Shown: positions 23,787-38,342 of the stretch, piece by piece | Layout: each line of letters begins with the position of its first letter | Position numbering within the stretch: the stretch's first letter is position 1 | Source: Paraspadella gotoi | Taxonomy: Eukaryota > Animalia > Chaetognatha | Assembly (NCBI GenBank): GCA_051294375.1 | Contig: CM119268.1 | Coordinates: forward strand, 22,757,427-22,821,426 | Reading direction: 5' to 3' | Length of the DNA: 64,000 nucleotides | Position numbers and translations under genes: made by a program | The notes under the pieces: model-generated | Databases searched by the model: none | What the model was told of the DNA's origin: nothing | Seen by the model: only the letters and a program-made list of their open reading frames with translations

Positions 23787-26700
23787 GACCAGAGTTCTTG
23801 ATCTGACGATTGCCACAATTTGCGATTTTCTAATTCTCTCCTATAATCCTATCTATCCTATCAGGCGTCTCCAACAACAATTTCGTCGGGACCATCCTCC
23901 ACCCGAACGGAAACATCGCCGAGTTGCTTCTCAAAGAGGGATTCGCTCGCTGCGTCGACTGGAGCATGACGATGTTGTCGCAGGGACCGGAGAAGTACCG
24001 AGCCGCCGAGAAGATCGCTAAGGACAAGCGGCTCAGGTCTGGCCCTTACTTTTTTTGACTTTTTGGCTTTTTACGAGCTGCCGTTTTTGCTTCGTTTACT
24101 CTATTGGTTTATCAATTATATCCCTCCTGGCTGCTACTGTTAGATTGTGGAAAGACTACACTCCCACTGGACCGCAAATCGAATCCAAAGATAAGAACTT
24201 GACGGGCAAAGTGGTGGAGGTGGTCAACTCCGACGCTCTCGTTCTCAAACTCTCCGACGGATCCTTCAAGAAAGTCTTCCTCGCTTCCGTGCGGCCTCCG
24301 AGGGCCGACGCCGTCAATTTGGGCGACGACCAGCGGTCGTTGAGACCCGCCGCCAGGTGTGTGTGGACCCCATTGTGACCTCGGGTGACTCGAGAATGAC
24401 CCTATTCGCGTGAGCTTATCTATTTCGATAACGCAGAGTCCGCCCTCTCTACGACGTTCCGTACATGTTCGAAGCCCGAGAATTTTTGAGAAAAAAACTC
24501 GTCGGGAAAAAAGTCAACGTCACCATCGACTACATTCAAGTGGGTCAAAAGATTGAGACACATATTAATTAATAATTATTAATTATTAATCATTGAAATT
24601 CATCTTATTTTCTTAAGCCGGCGGCCGACAACTTCCCAGAAAAGACTTGTTGCACGGTGATGCTCGGCGGACAAAATATCGCCGAGGCTCTCTTGCTCAA
24701 GGGTTTCTGCACGGCCGTCCGCTACCGGTTTTTGAGGATCTGGGGTTAATTTATATGATATATTTTGTTATTATATAATTTATATGTTTTTCTTCAAGGC
24801 AAGACGACGATCAACGAAGTTCGCACTACGACGAACTCTTGGCGGCAGAGAGCAAAGCGGAGAAGAAGGCGCTCGGTCTTCATTCGAAGAAACACTCTGC
24901 GCTTAAGGGTGAGAGAGAGAGAAAGAGAAAGATACAGAGATCGGATTCAACCAATAACGTTTCTCTCTCTCTCTTTAATCCCAGTGTCGGACATTTCTGG
25001 CGACTCTGGCAAAGCCAAGCAGTTCTTGCCCTTCCTCCAACGCGCTGGTCGCCTGGAGGCTTTGGTCGAGTTCGTGGCCAGCGGCGCCCGAGTCCGCGTC
25101 TACATTCCCAGGGAGACTTGCCTCATCACCTTTTTGCTCAGCGGGATCAGCTGCCCGCGCGCTGAGCGGATCCTTCCGCCGCCGCAGGACCGCGTGCCCG
25201 GCGATCCCTTCGGCGATCAGGCGCTGCAGTTCACCAAGGAACACGTGAGTAAATGAGGGATGAAGAGCGTTGGGTCCAAAGATAGATATATTTGTTAGTC
25301 CTCGGGTTTTTAATTCACTTTATCATTTTATGACTGTTTTTAATTTTTCCTTTTTTTTTCTTCTTCCTTCTCTTTTTTTTCTTCTCATTGTTCTCACCCT
25401 CTCCCTCTTCTTCCTCCTACTCTCTCCCGTTCCCTCTTTTTCTTCCTCATCTTCTTCCTTCTCTCATCCTTCCCTCTTCTCCCTCACCCTCCTCTTCCTC
25501 CCCCTTTCCCTTTTCTTCCTCTTCACCCTCCTTTTCCTGTTTGTCTTCCTCTTCCTTTTCCTCCCCCCACAGGTCCTCCAACGAGAAGTGGAGATCGAAG
25601 TGGAATCGATGGACAAAGGAGGAAACTTTATCGGTTACTTATTCATGAACGGAGGATCGGAAAACCTTTCCGAGATGCTAGTCAGGTGATTTGGCCGATG
25701 ATAGAACACGCTGCCTCGTCTCGTGATTGGTCGGTCGCATAAGAATCATTCCCCGCCAATCACAGAGAGGGCCTCGCGTCGGTCCACTTCACGGCGGAAA
25801 AGGGCAACTACCTCCGCCAGCTTCAGTCGGCGGAGGAGTCGGCGAAGAAGCGACGGGTCAACCTTTGGCAGAATTACAATGAGGAAGAGGAAGAGAAAGA
25901 GAAGGAGCCGGAAGAGGGTAGGAGAAAATGTTGGGGAGAGTGTGGTCACTGGTCAGTTATGTATTAAACTTACTTGTTAGTACTTGTAAAATGTTTATAA
26001 TCCCCTTGATTTATTAAATGACCATCTTATTCTCTAATTTCGCCGTCTGATTATATTATATTATAATACATTATATTAGATAACGTTATCTTACTACGTT
26101 TTTAGGCCCCGAGGTGGCGAGCGACGCTCCGATTCCCGAGAGAAAGGTCGATTATCAGGTTAGAATGGAAGATCACAATCTCTTTCTTTGTCACCGCAAT
26201 CTTGTCTACTCCCTTTTTTCCTCCCCTCCAAGCCGGTGGTGATCACGGAAGTGGCCCGCGACACCCTTAACTTCTACGCGCAATTCGTGGACGACGGTCC
26301 CAAGCTGGAGAAGCTGATGGAAGAGCTGAACCAAGAACTGAGCTCAAACCCTCCCTTGCCCGGCGCTTACACTCCCAAAAGGTCTGAACTCTGCGCCGCC
26401 AAGTTCGAGGACGGGATGTGGTACAGGTGAGTGGGTACGAATGTCACCCAGCGATCGATCGCCCCCTTGTAACGAGTCCACTCTTGACCCTCAGGGCCAA
26501 AGTGGAGCGGGGCGTCACCAACGCTAAAACAGTGACCGTCTTCTACGTCGATTATGGCAACAAAGCGCAAATCTCCGTTACGGAAAGCGTCGCCGCTTTG
26601 CCCGCCAGGTTTGTCTTACGTTTCCGAGGATAAGATTCGCTCTTTTGTTATATTTTTTGACTTTTCTAATCGTTTTTCCTCTTTTCTCCGCCAGGTTTTC

Positions 26701-27311
26701 TCTTGCCAACACGAAAGCCTTCGCCCACGAATTCGGTCTCGCTTGCGTCGCCGTTCCCGAAGACGAAGAAGCCAAAGGCGACGCGTGGCGCGCCCTGGCG
26801 GAAGACGTATCCTCCGCGTCGCAGGTTCTGCTCAACGTGGAGTACGACGTCTCGGGGACGAAGATGGCGACGATTCTCAACTCCTCCAACAAGGAAGACG
26901 TCGTCAAGGGTCTCGTGTCTGAAGGATTCCTTCTGGTGGACAAGACGAGGAAGGAGAGAAAACTGCAAACGCTGATGCAGGAATATAGGAAAGGTGATTT
27001 TCGTCGGGCCGAGTTATTCAATCTTATTTGCATATTGCAGCGTATGGGATAACTTAGAATATTTTCATTTCATGTACATGTCCAAGTGTCCCCCCCTGTT
27101 CATGTCCAGTCATGAAATATTTCTCACTCATGTCCAATATCCATTGTCCACTCATGTTTTCTAATTGTGTATTATTTGCGACTGTCATCCTGTTCTCCCA
27201 GGTCAAGACTCGGCCAAGAGTCAGCGACTCAACCTGTGGCGCTACGGCGATTTCACCGACGACGACGCCAAAGAGTTTGGGATGGGTCGACCCGTCGCCG
27301 GAAAGAGATAA
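21697..27311 (+). CDS. SND1: Staphylococcal nuclease domain-containing protein 1 (Tudor-SN/p100)
   Basis: [59 protein letters not shown], Tudor [15 protein letters not shown] and C-terminal [18 protein letters not shown]. About 20 exons. Confidence 0.97.
22824..23128 (+). repeat. 17-bp intronic minisatellite (CTCATTCTCTAATCTTG)n
   Basis: About 17-18 near-perfect tandem copies. Confidence 0.95.
23356..23502 (+). repeat. G-rich tandem repeat of about 35 bp duplicating the SND1 splice donor
   Basis: GGAGG|GTAAGG recurs with GT at 23362, 23431, 23466 and 23494. Confidence 0.85.
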
Positions 27312-28102
27312 AACGCGACTACACCGCGCCGCCTGGCGAGCGGGCAGGGAAAAGAGAGAGCGAGATCATCCAGCTTATTTTCCGCTAAACGCACACACAC
27401 ATACAAAACTGTTTTCTTCTCTCTCTTTTTCCTTCTTCCCATTTTCGTCAGTTTTTTTCCCCTCTGAAAAATTGAGAGAAAAAGCCGCTTCCAGTTATAT
27501 CACGAGAAAAAAAGTTAGAATGGAAAAAGTAACTTAGACATAGTCCTCTTTTTTTTTTAAATAGATAGATTAAACGAGTTTATTCCTCCCCTTTCCTTTC
27601 TTTTCCCCTCCACCCCTATATATAGTTTTTCTTTAAAGAAGTTAGTCTCGAGCCACGTCGTTATGTTTCATCAATTCGACGTCAGGTTTTTTTCTTTGTT
27701 CTGTGGTGGAGATACTTTCCTTGAACCGGGAATAAAATGAAGGAATCGAGTTCGTTATTCCAATTTTTATTTAGTTCCTAAACTTTTTAAATTAAAACAA
27801 AATCCCTATTTTTAATCTTGGTCGTAATTACGAAACGAATGAGATCAATAAATATATCGAAAACGAATTATTTTTAAACAAAAAATAGTCGAGATGAAAT
27901 ATTTTTGCTTATTGTTGGTAATTTCGTTTTGAAACTACTTAATAATGTATACTATATTATCGTAAATATCATGAACGTGAGAATACAAAGATCTACAATA
28001 AATTTCTGTGATTTTTTAAATAAAAACTACCTTATTCTTTATTTAGTTTTTTTTATTTCGTAACTTAGAAACGAAGAAACACTTTTATTTAAAAAAATAA
28101 AA

Positions 28103-28813
<711 letters not shown>

Positions 28814-29235
28814 GGAGAAAGGGAAAATTGGGGGGACGGGGGGGGGGGAAACCACGTCGGGAGAACAAAAACTCAAAATGAAACAAACTTTCTTTTTCCC
28901 AGTTTTAAATTTTAAAAAAAATTCCAGTTATTGTTAAGTCTTAAAATTTGTTGCTTCCACGAGAAAATAAAAGAAAATCCGTTTTTGTCCTTTAGTCTTT
29001 TGTTTTTCTTCTTTTTTAAAATCTCTTCGAAGTCGCGACGATTTATTGCGACGAAGACTCGACGATCGATGGACGAGAATATCTTCGGTCGAAAGATCAA
29101 AACTATACTGGAGGGAGAGAGAGAGAGAGCGAAACGGATCCGGAGTTCAGACTCTCGATGATCGCGGAAATGTCGTGGCAAAAAAAATAGTTTTAAACTT
29201 TTAAACTAGTCATCTTTTCTTCGAACCGAAAAACA

Positions 29236-32200
29236 ATGCCTCACCTTCCCTCCATCTCCTCCTCCTCCTCCTCCTCCTCCCTTCCTCTCTTCAAATTAGA
29301 AAAGTTGATTCAACTTCGACGCGATCCTTACGACGAATGTCTCGAGCAAAGATTTTCCTCTTCCTCTTCCTCCTCCCCCACCATCGCCGCCTCCGCCTTC
29401 GTTCAAATCGGCGACGCGACGCTTCTCGCTCTCGTCACCGAATCCAGCGCCGTGCTGCTGCGGCACGAGGACGCCCGCCGCGGCGGCGGAAGCGTCGCCG
29501 CCGCCGCGCCCGTCGTCAAGGAGCTCATGTGGTTCCGTTCGGGTCAGCTCCGCGTACGCTGCGTCTGCCTCGACCCTACCGCCGCCTGGTTGCTGGCGGT
29601 GACGGCAGACGCCAGGCTGTACGCCGTGGCGGCGCTGGCGGGGGCGGATGGGTCGTCGAGCGGCGAGGAGCGTCTCTCGTGGCCGACGGACGATTTGATC
29701 TGCGTCTCCGAAGATCTGGAGTTGGAAGGAAGAGCGACGAAGATCGTTTGGTGGGAGACGACGGAAGGGAAGAGGATCGCCATCGTTGGATCCGACGCGA
29801 GGGAATTGATCTTCGTCGATCTGGAGACGAGGCGAGTGTGTTCCTGAAAATTATAGATTAATTAATTATTATTTAAGAGAGAGCTTGAAAAAATTTTGGA
29901 ATTTGGTCAGAGGGGGGGAGGAAAGAGTGGGTTGAATGTTAACGCAAGTTATTAAATGATAACCAATTATAAGGTTTATGGAGACAATTCTCCGAAGAAG
30001 ATCATACAATCCTCCTCTAACAAGGGAAGCCTAAAATTTCCCGCCAAAACAGGAAATCCTGCCTCCGCCTCCACCTCGACTTTCCCGTCTCCGATTTGGA
30101 ATTGATTTCAAACGCGACCCGAACCCAAACCTCGCTGCTAATCTCCTTCGCCGTCGAAACCGGTGCCTCGCCACGTCCCTGTTTGCTCCTTCCTCCGCCC
30201 CAATCGCGCCTCGTCCTGGAGAAATGCCTGCAGAGCGCCCCGGTCGTCGTGGCGCACATTTTTCCCGGCGAAGGCGACGAGGAGATCGTCCGCGCATTCG
30301 AGGGTCTCTGCTCCGTCATTCATCCCCGCGATCCGAGACTCCCGCCGCCGCAGCCGCAGCCCGTCGACGAAGACGGCTGCGGCGGCGTCAAACGCTTCGC
30401 CGGCCAATCTGTCGCGGGCCGCCCGCTGCTGTCGGCGCTGCGTCGTTCCGACGGGACGCTGGAACTGTGGGAAGCAGAGTCGAACCGAGAGACGCCGTCG
30501 ACAATTCGAAAGGCGCCGGGTGGTCTCTTGGCCGAGAGCGTGATCGTCGGCGAAGGAGTCGCTTTTTACGTGGGGACGATGAGAGATGACGACGAGGAAT
30601 CGTGGATCGTGGCGGCGCCGTGCTGTTTGACGGACACGGAGGTCCCCTCGGGAAAGGAGCTTCAGCGATTTCGTCTTCCTCGCGACGAACGAATCGTCTC
30701 AGTCCACAAAACTCGTTATCCTTTTTATTATTTCGACCGAAACGAAGAAAAGGCGGAGGAAGAAGTTCAATCACCTCTTGTCACCGCTTCCGGCCGATCG
30801 CCTTCCGCTTCCGCTTCATTCGGTTGGAGCGTCCCCTTTCTCCGCTTCTCTCTTCCCTCGATTCTCGACGGTTGCGTCGTCGTCACAACGGATTCCGTCT
30901 TCCGCGTTTCTCCTCGATTCTCTCCAGAGAGACTAGTCTTCGAATTGGCGCAGCGCCAAAGAATGGACGTGGGAGAAGTGGCGCAGCGCCACGATTGGAC
31001 GGCCTCTCTCCTGGCCGGCGCTTTGGGCGTGGACCCGACGCCGGCATTGGAGGCCTCTAGGGAATTCGACATGTCTCGCGACGGCGTCGTCGCTGGATCC
31101 GTGTCTGACTCCAGCAGCGACTCTCGGCGTCTGGCGCGCGCATTTGTCAATCTGCTGGAGCGAGGGCGCCACGAGGAGGCGTTGGCACTGAACGCGGAAC
31201 CCCTTGTCGTCGACGCCACCTTCGGATTGAGAAAGACGCCGCCTTCGTGGTTGCGTCGTCTCCTCGAAGACGTCGACGCCACCGACGCCGGCGTCGAAAT
31301 CGCGCGCCTCTACTTCGAGACTCTCGTCGACGTCGTCCTTCGCCATAAACTCCTCGGCGATCGCGGGGATTCTCATTGGTCCGAGGCGATCGTCCTCGAC
31401 TTCGCCGACGCCGAAATTCTTTCGATGGAAGAATGCGTGGGCGTTCTCCTCGAACGCGGCTTCGAGGACGCCGCTCTCTCCGTCTCGCGATCGCGTCGCC
31501 GATTTTTCGAATTCCTTCGTCTCCTCGAGACGCGTGGCGGCGGCGACGGCGTACTTCCCTGGCGCCGCTTTCTTCGTTGCGCCGATTTGACCCGCTCCGA
31601 AATGTGGACGCTGGCGTCATTTCTCGCGGCGGATCGACGGCGTCTCGTCTCGGCGGCAGCGGAGGACGCGGCGGCGTTGTTCCGACTTGTGACGAGTTCG
31701 CCGGCGTCGTTGGCGGGGAATCTGGACGCGGCGATCTCGTTGGCGGAAAAGGCGGAGAGGAGGGATTTGAAGAAGGCGCTCGAGTGGATGGAGGGAGGGA
31801 GTTGGGAAGAGGAGGTGATGGTGGGGAAGGAGATGTGGAAGAAAGACGCCATGACGATGAAGATCATTTGTCAGATTTTGTTGGGAGGGAAAAAGGAGGA
31901 AGAAGAAGAGAAAAGAGAAGAAGAGATAAATGAGGAAGAAAAGGAGAGAGAGGAAAGATTACAAACCTGTCAAAATCTCCAACCCACTCGAGATGATCGA
32001 TTCAAGATGGCGGCAATCGTTAAATCCACCAAATTGAAGCCTCGACGAAACTCGTTAGCCATCGGCCTCTCTCGTTTCATCCTCGTCGCCGACGCCGGAA
32101 ATAAAACCGGCGTCCAATTCCATTCGGTCAAATATTCCGTCGCCCCGCAGCGCAACGAATATCGCTCCGCGTCGTCGCCTCCGGCCACGCCCACTCTCGA

Positions 32201-34175
32201 CGCCTTCGCCGCTCTCCGTCTCCGCGTCTCCTCGATCTCTTGCGGCGCCAACCACGCCGTCGCCATCGCCGGCGGCGTCCTTTTGTCTTGGGGCGACAAC
32301 CGGCGCGGCCAGATCGGCGTCGACGGATCCTTGGACGGATTCGTCTCGTCGCCGACGCCGATTCTCGTTGCAGCAGATGGTCGATCTCTCGACGACCCCT
32401 GGGCGTCCGTCGCTTGCGGTTCTCATCACAATCTCGCCCTCACTCTAAACGGCGCCGCCTATTCCTGGGGCTGGGGCGTTCACGGCCAGCTGGGTCACGG
32501 AGATTCCGCGGACGAGGCGCTGCCCAAGAGGATCGAGTTCGTCGACGAGAAGATCGAATCGGAGGCCATCGTTTCCGCAGGCCACGCCCACTCGACTATC
32601 TTACTCGACGGTCGACTCTTCACTTTTGGTTCCAACCATTTCGGTCAACTCGGCGTCGGCGTGGGAGAACGAAAAAGCGTGAGGCCTCTTCGCGTTGACA
32701 TCGAAGGGGAGAGGATCGTCGACGTGGCCTGCGGATCCTTCCACACGGTCGTCTTGTCCGCCTCCTCGAGGATCTTCTCTTGGGGTCGTCATCCTATGTC
32801 ATTGAAAGCAGCGAGTCGTGCGGTGGCGCTTTCTTCTACTTCCGCGCCCCGCGGCGGATTCGTTTCTCCCGATGACTTGAAGCGTCACACTCTTCCTTCC
32901 CTCGTTTCGACGCCGCCTCTCATGTCCCTCGCGCGACGCGTCTTCGCCGGCGCCCGTCACAGCGCCCTCCTCACCGAGGACGGAGAAGTCTACGCGTGGG
33001 GCGCCAATCACGACGATCAGTTGAGCGTCGGCGCCGCCGCCGCTGAAGTGACACGCCCTCGTATGGTCGTCGCCCTCAACGACAAGAAGATCGTCGAAAT
33101 CGTGGCCGGCGCCGGAGTCACTTTGGCCGTCGACGATGGCGGCTCCGTTTTCGTTTGGGGTAAAGAGGAATCGACGAGACACTTCGACGTCTTTGACAAA
33201 GAGAAGCCGGTCAAGATGTTGAAGGAGAAGACTTTTGCTAAAGAGAAGAAGCGAACGCGAGCGGAAAAACGACGGGCGCCGCACAAAGCGGCGTCGCGGG
33301 GAGATTACCCTCCGGCGCCGATCGATCCCCACGACGTATTACTCGTGGAGAGGCTTTGTTCGATTCACGCCGGAGATTTTGATCTTCGTCGAGTATTGAC
33401 GCTTTGTTTGAAGATGAAAAAAGACACCGTCGCGGCAGAGTTGTATTGGAAAACCGAGCGGCGCTCATTATGTCTGGCGTCTTTGTTACACGGCGCCGCC
33501 GACGAGTCAACGGCAGCGTCGATCGTCCGGCGTCACATCGACGCCATTCAATCCTCGGCGTCGTCCGAGGAATTGTCCGACGCCGTCGGAGTCGCAATCA
33601 TCGCTTGGAAAGAGCGCCACTTTTCCTTTCGCGCTTTGGAGGAGGCGTTCCGCGCGCCAGGCGCCACTCTCGCAACTATGTGCGCCGTCGTGGATCGTCT
33701 CCGTCGTCTTGGCGCCGTGGCCGATTTGAACGGCGTCTTCTCAGTCGAATTCCTAGCATCGATCTTCCTCTCCGTCGCCCGCAACAACGATGTGGCGCTG
33801 CGGTCGAAGGAAGCGGCGTTGGCGGCGACGACTCCCTCGATTGATTCTCTGTGGGCGGCGATTCGCGGGAACTTGGAACGGGCCGCCGGAGAGAAGAAGA
33901 GGATCGTGTTGTCGTCCATGGAGTTAGAGGCGTTGGATTCCGTGCGGAAAGGATCGTCCGCGATGGCTGCGTCGACGAGGAACTCTGGAGGCGTCTACCT
34001 CTTCACCTGCGGTCATCACTTCAAAACCGTCGAACTGCGTCAAACGACACTCGGTCTGGGTCAACCCGGGCTGGCGGCCTTGTACGACGGCATGGCTGAG
34101 AGGCGCACTGCGGGCTTCGCTTGCCCCGAGTGCGTCGCCAAATCTTTGCGTCGAGCGAGGGAGGGATCCTTTTGA
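29236..34175 (+). CDS. Large RCC1-repeat protein with N-terminal beta-rich region and C-terminal RING-like motif (claret/GLO-4-like Rab GEF candidate), 2 exons
   Basis: RCC1 repeats (CGANH, SWGDNRRGQIG, SWGWGVHGQLGHG, TFGSNHFGQLG) and C-terminal FTCGHHF...CPEC. Intron at about 29832-30052. The claret assignment is recalled from domain architecture only. Confidence 0.8.
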
Positions 34176-34413
34176 TTTTCGGAGGCTTCGTGATGTTCTG
34201 TCTTTTATGTGATCTTTCGTTTACGTTTTATTTAATGAGAGAATTATATTTGATTAATTGATTATTATTTTCATCATTGATTATTATAAACATTTTTTAC
34301 AATCGTTGGTTTTTTACTTCACCAGATGAAAGATTAAAACCGATAAAAATTCGAATGGGTCTTTGGTCTTTGACGCTTCGAGTCTTCGAGACTTAAAACT
34401 TTCCCCCTTGAAG

Positions 34414-37400
34414 ATGGCGGAATGGGTGGAGTTCTTCGCCAGCGCCGGCCTCCCCGCCGACGTCGCCGAGAACTACGCCGTCAAGTTTGTCGAGCATCGG
34501 ATCAAAACCGACATGCTCGTCGATCTGGACAAGGTTGTTTTTTTTCCTAGTTGAAACGTGTGAATTCTTTTATGATTTTATATAATTATATGCATATTTC
34601 ATACAGGATTATCTTCGCGAGATGGGCATTCACGCGATGGGCGACGTCATCGCCATCTTGAGACAAGCGAAGAGAGCACACAGCGCCGATTTGTGCGCCA
34701 AGTTGCCCGTCAAGTTGCCGTTAGGTTTGGTCAAATGCGAATTAGTGGACTTCTACGAATCTCTCGCAATCGATTTCATTTTAAATTTTTTTTTAGCGGA
34801 ACCGAGAAAAGAAGAGGAGGAAATGACGCTCACCGTGACTACGGACGCCTCCTCGGGTACAGATAATTAGATAGTAGATACCGTATTATATCGTAATATA
34901 TTCTATTATATTTGATTGTGGAACTTTTTAACGACAATAATCACTTATTCCTCGAATCTTCAGACAAGCGGCGTTCGACCCCAGCTAGTCGCATCGTGGA
35001 CCGAATCCTCGGCGGCGGCCCCGACGCCGTCCCCATGAACATTTCCACTCCCGTTCCTTTCAAGAACGTTTCTCGAGGTCAGTGTTGTTGTTGTTGTTAT
35101 TGGAATAAAGTTTCTCAAGTCAGAATGAAACTAATTGTTTTTTCTTTTTATTCAGTTCCTTCGAAGAACAACGTTTTCGATCGGCTCGGAAACGACGAAT
35201 ACGAATCCGGTGAGATTTATTGGAGATGAGATTTATTGGAGATGAGATTTATTGGAGATGAGATTTATTGGAGATGAGATTTATTGGAGATGAGATTTAT
35301 TGGAGATGAGATTTAATGGAGATGAGTTTTATTGGAGATGAGATTTATTTGTCACAATGGGAGATTTATACGAGTTATTTATATACTAGAAAACCATACA
35401 AGATGTTTTATGAATATTAATTTTTTATCTCTAAGGATCGAGCTCCGATTCTCGGTCTCAGTCGCCGATTATCAACTCCGATCCGATAGGTAATACCCAC
35501 ATTTGACCGCGAGCTGCGACCTGACCGAATCTCACCTTATCTCACGTGACCCTTACTTTGACAGCGCCGAAAATCACGATAACGAAATCGAACGGAAATC
35601 GATCGATCATCGCTGGAACCGGCGCCTCGACCGGAACTGGGATCGGCACCGGAACTGGGATCGGCACCGGAAATACGATCCGGGCCTCGGCGAACGTTTT
35701 CAAGCGACTAGGTCGGGTCGATCTCAAGTTTAAATGCATGATATAAAAAGTTTAACTTAATGTTTTATTTTGTTTTCGGCGACGAAAAGGTGGGGACGCG
35801 GAAGTGACTGTTTCGATCTCGCCGCCGACTCAACCCCGCGACGCCCTCCCTTACGCCGGAGTTCTCAAGGGCGACAACGCGAAGAGTCAGACGGTCAAGG
35901 TTCTCAAGAAGAAGGTTCGTCGAGGGAAAAAAGAAAAAGAATAGTGGAGATGCCATACGTATATATTTACGGATATATAGTATGTATATTTTTTAGATTT
36001 ACATTTATTGTTCCTTCAGTTTCAGTGATAGAGATCGCTCTGGCTTTATGATTTGAATATTGTTTTATTAGTTCGTTAACAACATCAACGACAGTAAAAC
36101 TTAACGAAGGATTTAATTTCATTTTTTAATTAATAATAAATTCATGGGCGAAGAAATCCTTTTTAATTATTCTTTCCTTTCAGGTTGGATCGACCAAAGT
36201 CTCCTTCTCCACCGAAACCGACGCCGTCTCCAGTTCGACGGCGCCGACGACGACGCCGAAAACGACGACGCTCATCAGCGACGTCGATCGCAAGATCTCG
36301 GCCAAGAATCGGCTCGGCGGCGCCGTCAGAGCGGAGCCTGGCACAGCGACTGCGGCCGCGTCTCCTCGAAGGGAAATCGCCGCCAGACTCGGACCGCCCG
36401 TCAAGAATGGCGGCGGAAAATTGGTCCTTTCTGTCGACGCAGGTATTCTAGCGTTGAAACGAAAATGTTTTGAATAAGGACAACTGTTAAAATTTACTGA
36501 TACGCTATGTTTATGACAAAAATATCTATCGAATTGACTAATATACTGTGTTTAAATTAAACTAAATTAAATTATATTAAACTAATTAAACATCTAATCA
36601 TATGAAATTCGCCGTCCTCAATCAGAACATGTTTCCGAAGATGAGTCGCGCGTTACGTCTTCGACGAGCGTCAAAACGAAGCGGAAGCCGATCGAAGCGC
36701 CGATTTCGGATTCATCGTCGGCGACGAAAATGGCGCCGATCCGCGTTACCGGCGCCACCAGCGACGTTTACTCTCGTCTCGGCGCTCAAGTCACGAAAGC
36801 CGAAGCGTCGTCTTCCTCTTCCGTCAAAGGTAAGGGTGACAATTGAACAAGTAAAAGTTTTGAGTTTTGATGCATTTGGGCATCACACATCAAAGAAAAG
36901 GTTTTAAGCATTAATGATTAAATACTTTTGAAACCCGGATACTAGATCAGCGAATTAATAACGCGTAATAACCCATAATGTCCAAATCGCAAATGGAAAT
37001 ACGTTCAAATGTTCAACAAAAGTTCCGACATATCTTCAGGTTCTTCGAGCGGCGTCATCATCTTAAAATCTCCTTCGGCGCCCAAAACCGGCGTTATTTC
37101 CCTTCGAAAGCCAAAGAGCGTCGACGCCGTTCCTCCGTCCACCGAGACGTCCGTCGCGCCGTCCGTTCGTCCGTCTCTCGTCCCCTCCACCTCCGCTCCC
37201 CGTCCGGTCGCTTCGAGCTCGTCGGGAATCTTGAAGAAACCCCAACTAGTCACGACATCTTCGACGGGCGCGGCGAGGGCGGCGGCGGCGGCGTCAGCCG
37301 CGGCGGCGCAGGACGACGGATCGAGTCCGTTGAAAAAACGGAAGCTGCAGCTGAGAAAGACTTTTACGGTGACGAGGGAGAAGGAGGACGTGACGGAATC

Positions 37401-37989
37401 GACGGACACGCGGAAGGCGATCAACGTCTTCGCCGCCGCCCTCGCCAAGCGGATTCAATTGGGCGACGCGGACGAAGCGTTGGAGATGAAGGAGCGACAA
37501 GGGAAGAAGCGGGCGAATGAGTCTTTGGCTCAGAAGACGACGACGACGATGCAGCAAACGAAGCGCGAAGATGCGAAGCCTCAGCAAATCAAAATCACGA
37601 TCGAGCAACCGCAACAAGCGCAACAAGGGAAGATGGTTAAAACCCGACAAAAGGTGCAACAAGTTCAGCAAATGAAGATGCAACAACCTCAAAAAGTTCA
37701 GCAACTTAAGATGCAAACCCAATTGATTCAGCAACAAAAGATAAATCGACAACCGACGAACGTTAATCCCAAACCGAACCCACGAAACCAGAGTCCAGTT
37801 ACGACGACGCAAACGCATTTACAGCAGCCGCTGCAGCGTCCGAAAGTCAAGGCGAAAGCGGCGCTGTCCACGACAGCGCCGCCGCCGACGAAGAGGGCGA
37901 CGTCGAAACAAAGTATGGAACCGAAGAAGAAGATTGTTCGACCGGCAGATGGCGCGAATGTGTGGAGTCGATTGGGCGATGCCGTCTGA
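34414..37989 (+). CDS. C19orf47-like protein (N-terminal SAM-like domain, repeated V(F/Y/W)xRLG motifs)
   Basis: MAEWVEFFASAGLP..AENYAVKFVEHRI..DML.DLDK|DYLREMGI.AMGDVIAILRQAK, followed by VFDRLG, VFKRLG, VYSRLG and VWSRLG. Confidence 0.85.
35210..35349 (+). repeat. 16-bp intronic minisatellite (TGAGATTTATTGGAGA)n starting at the splice donor
   Basis: About 8-9 tandem copies. Confidence 0.93.
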
Positions 37990-38342
37990 AGGAGACGCGA
38001 GTTTTTTTTTGTCGTTTCTTCTTTTTTTTTCGTTAATTTTTTTTCTCATTATTTTCGCGTAAAAAAACGATTACAAAACTGTTCCGACTGCAAGAAGAAT
38101 AACGATATTTGTGTTAGAAGCTAAATTAACCTGTTTTGAAGTTATATTGTTGATACAAAGAGGTCTTTAGTTTTTGTTTTGTTTTGTTTTTTTTTGTTTT
38201 TTTGCATTTGATCGCATGACTATTTCTCCCCGCCCTTCGATATTCCGTCAAGTAGCACGAATTTAGTTTGAATAGTTTTTTGCCCTTGACATTGGATCTC
38301 TTATTGTTTTGATTTTTGTCTCTTGAAGCAGCCCACGAAAAA